From NCBI GenBank assembly GCA_030141605.1, contig JAQGDQ010000071.1:413605-477604 (forward strand): 64,000 nucleotides of DNA, read 5' to 3'. Position numbers and translations under genes: made by a program. Below, piece after piece: positions 54,601 through 64,000 of the stretch; position 1 is the first letter of the stretch, and each line of letters begins with the position of its first letter. Below the pieces are notes generated by a model that had not been told where the DNA came from, did not search any database, and was given only the letters and a program-made list of their open reading frames with translations. The stretch comes from Tubiluchus corallicola. Taxonomy: Eukaryota; Animalia; Priapulida.

Positions 54601-57482
54601 TACACGTCTTTTTGCACAGTTTCGCAACTTGGTAAGACGTCATCTCAAAACGAGTGTGGCGGGACCCGAACTATTCTCACTCATCATCAGGGATAAGCCT
54701 GTACGATGAGACAGTGACCCAGCAAAAATATTCAGTACGTACAATTGCATGCGCGTGTCTTCCTCGAGAAAAGAAATGACTGAATATCGGCTGTCACCTC
54801 TCCATTAACTAACCAGATCTGGCGTTACTTAACCTTGCAGCTAAGCACGCACTGCCGGCCCTGTCTTATTTTCGGAAACATTACAACTTAAAATTCAGAT
54901 GTAGTGTTTGTAGTTCTATTTCTAATGAAAGTGTGGTAACGGTGTTTTAGTAAATACAGGTGCGTCTCAAATAATTGTCAAAAATATAAATACCTTGGCC
55001 TTTGCGCCTGTCATCACAACCGCAGTTTTCAAATTCTCCAGAACTACAGTTTCGGGTCAACGTGTACATAACTCCAGCTGAACTGATGGCATGAACAAAT
55101 GAGGTTTCCCGTGTTGCTGAAAACATTGTTACTGTTTTAGCCGAATAGTCCTTTTTAAAATTATCTAGTGTAAATGTAACGTGATCAAATGAGATGTAAT
55201 ACGGCAATTTCATATATAATAGCATCGACGACGATAACGATATGTGATGGTGGAGCTGCTGCTGCTGACGATGTTGATGATGGTGATGGTAGTGAAGAAA
55301 ACGAAGGTGACATAATGATGATGATGATTATCCTATGTTGAAAATTGGTGTTTCATATTTGCAAGAGATTAAAAATACTGAAAATGCTGAATGCTTATCT
55401 ACAAAACACTTAATCAGGCCCTATGATGTAGTAATGTAATGTAATATAATGTAATGTAATGTAATGTAATGTAATGCAATGCAATGCAATGCAATGCAAT
55501 GCAATACAATACAACACAATGCAATACAACACAATACAATACAATACAATATAATATAACATAATATAACATAATATAACATAACATAGCATAACATAGC
55601 ATAACATAACATAACATAACACAACACAACATAATATAATATAGTATAATATAATATTTTTACCTGCAGGAACACTGTGAGAATAAAGGGGTAATGACGA
55701 TCGAGGACAGTTCCATCTCTCCCAGGCAAACTGATGCTGGCACTCTTCCATCCCAATTTGTGCTCCTGCTGCCACACTCGCAGAAAACGTCAAATACGCC
55801 TGAAAACAAACGGACGAATGAAAACGAAAGAATGAGTGAACGAATGTATTATTGATTCTATGGACGAATGAACGAGTGACTGACTGACTGACTGAATGAA
55901 TGAATGAACGAATGAACGAACGAACGAACGAATGAATGAATGAACGAACGAACGAATGAATGAATGATTGACTGACTGAATGAATGAATGAATGAATGAA
56001 TGAATGAATGAATGAATGAATGAATGAATGAATGAATGAATGAATGGAGTCGCCAAAAGAAAGAAAAAAGGAAAAGGAAAATAAAACCAATCAATCAGCT
56101 AGTAATCAGTCAATCAATTCATAGAAACATCGTTCAGCCTATAAAGCAGTACATTATTAGTCACACAAGCCACAACCAACATTACAAGCTGCTACACAAC
56201 GAGAAAGTCTTTTACTAACGTGAAATGATTGTGGCGGGAATGAAATCTCTTCAATATCAAAGATATTTTTTTAAATGAGACACTGAATCAACAGGGGTGC
56301 CTTGGCCTTAATTGTGCATCCCCCTCAAAAGAAAAGAGCTACTGTAGCATGTGACAGTATACGGGAAATTAAAGTAATAAGAAGCAGATTTCCTGCCTGT
56401 TACTCATCAGGCTCGACGATGCTTAACTTCATAACTAGTCCTGCACCTTGACCATTTAGTTATTTTCTCGGTATAATAGAACAAGTCAAAAATGAACACC
56501 AACGTTTTTCGTACAATTCCTCTGTGAAATCATATCTAACGCTTCGGTAGCTACGTCATTAATTAACTCATTCGAGGGTTAATAAGCCAAATTTGCCAGT
56601 CGGCTAAAACTCAATAGAGTTGCGGAAATTTTTGTTTGCTATTTGCACCTCGTCGTGTGGCAGGCGCCAATTACCTTATTGTTACACCATACTCGAACAC
56701 GATTCGAAGTTATTAGCCTAATTCAGCTCCCCTGAAGTTACCGACAAGCGTGTCCAGACTTTGGCTGGTCGGATTTAGAGGCAGTGGTCAATAACTAGTA
56801 TGGACCTAACAGGAGAAGCAAGCATTGCTACTTGTTGAGCAATGTATTTCCGACTTCCGGTGAAGGGGTTAATAACATTTTTTGAAATAAATACTCCAAC
56901 AAAGCTTGTAATCACACAGGAATAGATATTAATCTAAATTAAGTACAGCTTGGAATGTTGCTGTAAGAAAACTTTGGAATTTACTGTTTAGATCACACAA
57001 ATACTGTCTTCCTTTTATATGTGATATCGTTCCGCCAGTTAAACAGTTACAGAAACCGTTTGTTAAATTTACCATAGTTGTTTAAATAGTGAAAATCGCA
57101 TAGCCAATTTTTTTACACACAATTCTCGATTTCATGGCTCTTGTAATGGGTTATAATTTGTTATCTATTTGTAACGAGTACAAAACTTTTTACACAAATG
57201 AAAATTTTCTTTCTAAAGTTTTTTCCTGTACATGAGATGTAAAAAGTAATGTTAGCAAAGAACAAATACGGACTGTAAATTTCATTACCGAAGTTACTTG
57301 GGCTCTAGAACGTAATTGTTTTAATTTTCTGACAGGAATGAGTTGTACGCCATACTAGCATATCTTACTCTCACTTAACGGTATATATTCACATTGCTTA
57401 CTATTCTTGTTGACTAATGTTATTTTGCTTGTTAATCTGTTTGTTTATTTTATGTGATTGTTCCACGAGTACGAATGAAATG

Positions 57483-57555
<73 letters not shown>

Positions 57556-57596
57556 TGTGTGTGTGTATATATGTGTATATATATATATATATATAT

Positions 57597-57634
<38 letters not shown>

Positions 57635-60600
57635 CTGTTATCTAACACATAAGATTAACGTGAGAAAGAAAGCACGTATAAGAAAGATTTAGTTTATTTA
57701 AGCTTGCTGTTTAAAAAATTAATAAAATCTTCATTAATGTTTGTTAGATTAGGTATGGCTGCACTTGATTTACCCTGCATGCTTATCAGGCTGTGCTTCA
57801 CAAATAAATGTGACCAATTACAGAGCATACAGAATATTATGCCGCAGGAATATTGAGCTTCGCTTTTTATTTTATATCTATTTACTCAACTTTAAAATCT
57901 GACTACAAAACGTCCATAGAAATGTTTTTGTTACCTCTTTTACCTCTAAAATGCTCGTCGTTTGCAGTATCGGAAAACAAAAGTTCTGAATTCCTTGTTT
58001 TCTGTTTTATTTTCCCCTTTTTGGTGATAATTTTTAGTAATTCATTCCACAGCCTTTTCTAAGAATGTTGATTTATTCTTAATCCGAATAGTATATCAAA
58101 CTATCTAAAGAAACGCTAAGTACAAAATAAAGAAAATTACTTTTTTTACACAAAATGTACCATTATTTGTAGTACTCACAACTGAACGTCTGCCTCTGTA
58201 AATACAAATTGCAGAAATTAACTAAAATCATTTTTGTATATTAATCGTTTCTTTAAATTTTTAATCATTTCAAAAGTGCACGAATTTCAGCTAAGCACTG
58301 ATCTTTGATAACACATCGTACAGAAAAGTTTTGGCAAATGACAGATGGCACCCTATGAAAAAACGAAAAACCAATATGTATATAAAACTAGCAAGCAAGC
58401 GTAATGAAAGGTCTAATCATTTCATCTTTCAGTTATGCTCCAGAGATTGCTCAAAAGCCGTCCAATGAATTTGGATAAAACGCACTCTGACGAAGAGAAT
58501 AGTTTCAAGTTTAACAACAAACAGCAAATAAACCACTACTGCAAATTCGTGTTCAAGAACAGATCATATTTTTACTTAGGAGACAATCAGAACAAGAAAT
58601 AGCAATGGGGCCAAGAAATAACAAACAAAAACAAGAGCACGTTGAACAAGATCGCACAGGACTTAAAATCCCAATATCCTGGTCAATGTACTAAAGCTAG
58701 ACTATGGACGGATGGCTGTATCATGTCCAAACAACAAACCATGAATACATACCGACGTTTAGAGATTATAGTGCATCCGTATTGTCAAGGTATAATAGGT
58801 GATTAACAAGACAATACTTTCCTATCATTACATATTACACGCACCCAATGTGTTATGTTAAACATGATAATCTACCGCGAGATAATCCAGAGCCTTGAGA
58901 TTAGCTTAATAAAGGCATAATGCAGAGCAGACAGGTTATGCGGAGTCCATTCAGAATGGGATGGCTTACTGGTTTAAATGGAGTGTTTTCATCTTACTTG
59001 TGATCCAGTTTATACGGTTGCAATAGGGCACAAAAAGGAACAAATTTTCCCACGAGAATATTTTTGCAAGGAAGTCTTTCGGGAAAAATTGGCGGTGACT
59101 TTCAGCCCGTCTTAAAAATTAGTGCATCACCAAATCATATATTAATAAATATAATAATTAAAAAAGGTATGCCTATGTAAAATTAACTGGGTCAAATATA
59201 GTATAATTCTCATACTTTAAAAGAAGACAGAATGATTTTTCATATTCAAGTACGGTAAAAGTATACATTTTAACACAAATAATACTGCAACAGCGTTTCT
59301 GATAATTATATAATACATTAAAATCTTAATTAACAACGGGCGAGCCCAACTGTTGATTACATAAAAAACTAACGTAATTTTCAACAGCAAATACATTCCA
59401 CATGAATGGAGTGTTTTCATCTTACTTGTGATCCAGTTTATACGGTTGCAATAGGGCACAAAAAGGAACAAATTTTCCCACGAGAATATTTTTGCAAGGA
59501 AGTCTTTCGGGAAAAATTGGCGGTGACTTTCAGCCCGTCTTAAAAATTAGTGCATCACCAAATCATATATTAATAAATATAATAATTAAAAAAGGTATGC
59601 CTATGTAAAATTAACTGGGTCAAATATAGTATAATTCTCATACTTTAAAAGAAGACAGAATGATTTTTCATATTCAAGTACGGTAAAAGTATACATTTTA
59701 ACACAAATAATACTGCAACAGCGTTTCTGATAATTATATAATACATTAAAATCTTAATTAACAACGGGCGAGCCCAACTGTTGATTACATAAAAAACTAA
59801 CGTAATTTTCAACAGCAAATACATTCCACATGTTGTACGTGTTTGTAAAAGGGAAAATTGAAGTACGGTACTTCTGTATGAGATTCAGTGTGTTGTATTA
59901 AAACTCGGCAAGTTTTAAGATAAAAAAAAGTTCAAATTTCAAGTTTACCGCTGCACTCATGCATGAGCTATCGAACGTGTGTAGTTCGTCACAAACTAAC
60001 ACATCTGAACTGAGAAGTACAGGCGCTATTGCCCGTATAACTAGCGTATAGTGAAATGCATGTAACAGCGAAGAACTAGTGTCAAGAACGTGAAATTGTG
60101 TTTGTGTGGTAATAATTCTTTCACGTAAGTCATTTTTGAAAAAAAGTACGTTTCCTTTCAACATTTTAAAGACTGTATTGTTTTGACTTAAAGTTTAAGA
60201 TTGGATACGGTTTTGCTTTAAATTCTCTTTCATTTTTATGATTAATACGAAAAATTTTTGAACACTAATAATGCTTAACATTTTATTTTACGTTAAAAAT
60301 ATGCCTTCAGTAGATGTGCATTGTGCAAACTTTATAACACATCATAAAGGGGAACAAACGAACAAAACAAAAATCGCTAGTCTGAACAGTGAACGCCAAA
60401 TCTGCATTCAGAAGGTACAACAGGCCATACTAGCTAACCTGAGTAAAATCTTAAAAGAATTTTTCCATACATTCAACATTTTCCAATTATAATTTAATTG
60501 ACGTATATATACGCTGCAATTTTATATACAGATTTTTTATATTAATAATTCGTATAAACTTTATTTAAAAGTTTCTAACTCGCAATTGTAGTGGCTTTTA

Positions 60601-62772
60601 TGTTAACTAAACTTGCATGTTTTGTATTTGTAAAAAACGCACAAATTTCTCACCTTGGGACCAGTCATCAGGAAATTGTTCACCGTCCTAAAAATAAAAA
60701 CAAATAGATTATTTGTTTTAGGTGTAAATTATTTGCGCATTTCTTGTGTTAAAAATGTCGTGTTAGCTAGTATGCATGACATTGAATTGAATAGAATTTG
60801 TTGACTAACAGAGATAAAGTATATTAACAATACATCACATACAAAGTTGTAAAGAGTTAGTCCTAATTAATAGCGGTAACGATGAGTCTAAATGGTCAGT
60901 CACACGGATAAAAACACAGGCTTACAATGAACGAAGTGATTACAACAAAATCATGTCAGATAGTTAAAAATATAAAAAGTTTAACAAATATAACACTCAA
61001 TTAAAGAACTCAATTGAAGAACAAAATTTATAAGACTTATTTGTAGACAACTGTAGCATCAAATGATATAAGAACAGATTGAAGCTGTCATGTGGATACT
61101 CGATTGCTGGATACTGGATCGCCTAATATTGTTACGCATATCATGATGCTATAAACGTTATTAATATATTATATCAACTGCTATAGCTAAACTACGTTTA
61201 CGTTTTTCTTATGCTTTAAAAACGAATATTCTGGGGAGGAAGTATCCAAAATCTGCGCTATAATTTAAAAAAAAATAACTCGAAGGTTTTGCGTACTGCT
61301 AGGGCAAAGTAAACGGTTTTAAAGTCGTACTTGTTGTTTGTTAAAATGCTTCTCATAACAATAAATAATAATTATAACTTAGAACGCCAATTATAAATTA
61401 ATTGCTATTAGTACGGCAGTATCTAAAGTTTGCATACGAGATGAATTTTATTTAACTGATAAAATGTACAACCAGGGAAGAAAACTTAGCCTATTTAAAT
61501 GGTGAAAAAAAATTCTCAATTTCGTTAACTTTTCAGTTATTTCGATTTTATAATGGTAAAAAATTTCGAATTATTTGAGCAAATTTCAAACCAATTCTTT
61601 GATCTGCTTTGTTTCACATGTTCTTTTATTTTAGGAAATTTAACTACGCCTTTTTGTAATTGTCATAGTGTAAAATGTGGTGATATTCATAATCAAAATT
61701 CTACATTTATTCTAGATTTACCCACAGTTGTATTCATTAATCAAAGAGGTTACTAATGTCACTGTGTTTGTACCGACTAATGACTTTTACCGAGTAAATA
61801 TAAAGTTTGGTACTTTGGTGAATTTATCTGCCAACCTTGCTTTTTAAGACTTACTAAATACATCACAATAAGTTTATGAAAATGTATGACGGCTTTGGCT
61901 TACCTGCACGCACGAATGTTAATTAGGCTGTTTATATAAATATGGCCAATTAGAGATCATACAGGACTATATTCCAAGAATATCGAGGTTTGGTTTTTAT
62001 TTTATATCCGTTTACTTAACCTAATTTTGTCTATGAAACGTCAATAGAAACGTTTTCGTCATCACTTTTAGCCCTTTGACAAAATCCGCGTCATTTGCAA
62101 TATTGAAAGTCTAAGTCTATATGCAATATGCAATAGTTTAAGTGACAAGAACTTTTTCTTTTTTTCTCGTTTCATTATTTTATTGATGAAATAACTAATA
62201 GTTGGTTTCACAATTTTTTCTCCTATAGTTATTTTATTCTTAATAAAATAAATCCAAATTGTATATCAAAATTAGGTTGTAAAAATACGCGGGAGTACAA
62301 ATACTCAAGTTGTAAATCGAACGTACAAAATAAAGAAAATTATTTGACTGTTTATATAATTATTTATATCAGTCAAAAGTCAACATATGCAAGCTTCGCA
62401 CTGTAAACGCAAATTACAAAACCTGACTGAAATTAATTTCGTGTATTAATCTTTTCTTAAATTGTAAAAATAACATTTAATTTTAAATAATCTAATTACT
62501 ATTTTCCTACCAATAATAATAAATGTCGAAAAGCGAATATCTTTGGGATTAACGAATTAATCACCTAGAAAACTAAACATTATTACACAATGAAGCAAAT
62601 TTTTATATATGTACGAAGACAGGTGTATAAACATTTTCGCACAAACGCCCTTTTAAAATATTTAAAAAACTAGTAGAGTGACAAAAACTTACCATGAATA
62701 CGCACTCAAACTACAAAAAGATATTAAAAGCAGCGTTTCATGCAACACTTTTAAGTGTCGATATTTGCACAT
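51667..62772 (-). CDS. wnt8: Wnt8 ligand, 7 coding exons, 336 aa
   Basis: Exons 62772-62693, 60687-60654, 55799-55664, 55116-54994, 54218-54076, 53514-53244 and 51890-51667 (1011 nt, in phase). Wnt8 hallmarks [26 protein letters not shown] and [16 protein letters not shown]. Wnt motifs [29 protein letters not shown] and CNCKFEWCC. Confidence 0.96.
52419..53200. repeat. (AAAGT)n pentanucleotide array in Wnt8 intron 6
   Basis: About 560 bp near-perfect then degenerate; source of the LLYFT ORFs. Confidence 0.97.
54324..54480. repeat. (AACTA)n microsatellite
   Basis: Visible; Wnt8 intron 4. Confidence 0.96.
55428..55655. repeat. Graded pentanucleotide array (GTAAT/GCAAT/ACAAT/ATAAC)
   Basis: Visible; Wnt8 intron 3. 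Confidence 0.92.
55862..56045. repeat. (GAAT)n/(GAAC)n microsatellite
   Basis: Visible; Wnt8 intron 2. Confidence 0.93.
58977..59832. repeat. 428-bp direct tandem duplication (58977-59404 / 59405-59832)
   Basis: The two copies appear identical by eye. Confidence 0.92.
59645..60221. mobile_element. ~600-bp TTAA-flanked element (Kolobok-like), copy 3
   Basis: Homology to copies 1 and 2; its 5' part is also in the 428-bp duplication. Confidence 0.7.
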
Positions 62773-62990
62773 CGTAATTGTTCACAGATAATTAACTTCG
62801 TTTTTCTGTAAATATTTTTTAACAAATTGATATTATCTTCTTCTGCTAATTAATCAACTTGATATCAGTTGTTTCTTTCACCTGATAAGAATCAACATGC
62901 AATTTATCACCTACTGACACCCAACTTACCTGGACCAGAAGGAGGAGTCAGATACCTTCTTAACCAATCACGTCCTGGCGGCATTGATTA

Positions 62991-63161
62991 GAACAAAGGC
63001 AACACCTATCAATAACAAAAATAGCTGACGCCGATTCCATAAAGGCACGCTTTCAACTCACAGGTACGGCAGGTAAGTTGTTTTTGTATTGTTCCAGCAA
63101 AGAGCATCCTTTCCCTTTTTGACCGTATGGGTCTTTTGTCGGAATCTCGGCACCTTTGATG
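62991..63161. promoter_or_regulatory. Candidate TCF/LEF sites upstream of Wnt8
   Basis: CCTTTGATG at 63153-63161 and GAACAAAGG (reverse CCTTTGTTC) at 62991-62999, within 400 bp of the ATG. Confidence 0.45.
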
Positions 63162-63756
63162 TTTACTTTATTATATATACCTGTACTATATGCTCACCAT
63201 ATTTTTGTCTCTTACGTAAAAAAATGGCCGTGTGTCATAGTCAGCTTTTGATATGATCAGAGCCACTGTTTATTAAATTTCTTATTGTAGTAATTATGTA
63301 GGCCTAAATGTAGCTTTGGTGGATTTTGATTTTAACTCTTATATTATACGTGATTACGTGCCTCAGTTACCCATTGTTAGTGTAGTTAAATATGTGGGCA
63401 TTCAACTTAACACAAAATCTTGCAGAGTAAATTTGTTAAAGTTCAAATATTTGTTTTATAATCCAGGTATAGTCATTTGAATTCGATTATAAATCACTTA
63501 CAAATTAATAAATTTTAAAAATTAAACTTGACTGAAAGGCAGAAAATGTGAAAAAGTCGAGATTGAGATTAGACTTATGCTTAAGCGTTACACCAGGCAA
63601 TCCTTAGGAACGTAGCAGATTTTAAATAATTATTAATGGCTCATAAGTTAATTATTAGTATTTAATCAATTACACATTGAATTAGTCTCTTAAAGTTCAC
63701 GTGTTTAGTAGTTGCTAAACTAATAGAATTAAACTAAGGCCTATCATGATCACAAG

Positions 63757-63825
63757 AAGCTTCATGATCTAGTGGACATAGCGTTCGATTTGTAATACAA
63801 AGGACCTCGGTTCAAATCCACGCTA
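63757..63825 (+). mobile_element. tRNA-derived SINE head
   Basis: A-box-like TGATCTAGTGG and B box GGTTCAAATCC at tRNA spacing; no full cloverleaf. Confidence 0.5.
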
Positions 63826-64000
63826 AATTCTGACTAGTTCGCATTTTTCGGCCACGTGTTTTTATTTGTCAGAAACAGATTACAACTTTAATTTCTGTTG
63901 GAAGACCGCCCAGAGTCGCCATTGGGCTTGCTTAGAGCGATTTGTAAAAAAGTCTTTGTTTCAAAAACTCAGTAATTGCCATGTTGTTTTTCCTTGGGCA

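Overview
AT-rich nuclear DNA from an invertebrate animal (spliceosomal introns, microsatellites, 5S rDNA); nothing prokaryotic and no CRISPR. (1) 1-15 kb: a broken 5S rDNA array with four full-length copies, one truncated and one chimeric. Each spacer carries a degenerate half-5S. The array is interrupted by a LINE 3' fragment, a decayed BEL/Pao gag-pro fragment and an 8.2-kb island. The island holds a 17-bp satellite starting at a fold-back of a broken 5S, a spliced gene for a secreted Gly/Tyr-rich protein, a LINE RT relic, an inverted dimer of a second 5S type and a C-type lectin exon. (2) 16.5-46.5 kb: three six-exon clan-2 (CYP2-like) cytochrome P450 genes. The first two are head-to-head and the middle one has lost half of exon 3. 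(3) 47.4-48.7 kb: a four-exon gene, absent from the ORF track, for a 96-aa secreted peptide with 10 Cys in the mature region; this is the top finding. (4) 51.7-62.8 kb: a complete seven-exon Wnt8. Many non-autonomous DNA transposons and minisatellites occur, three of the latter sitting on splice sites. All gene models were spliced and translated by hand; no database searches were run.
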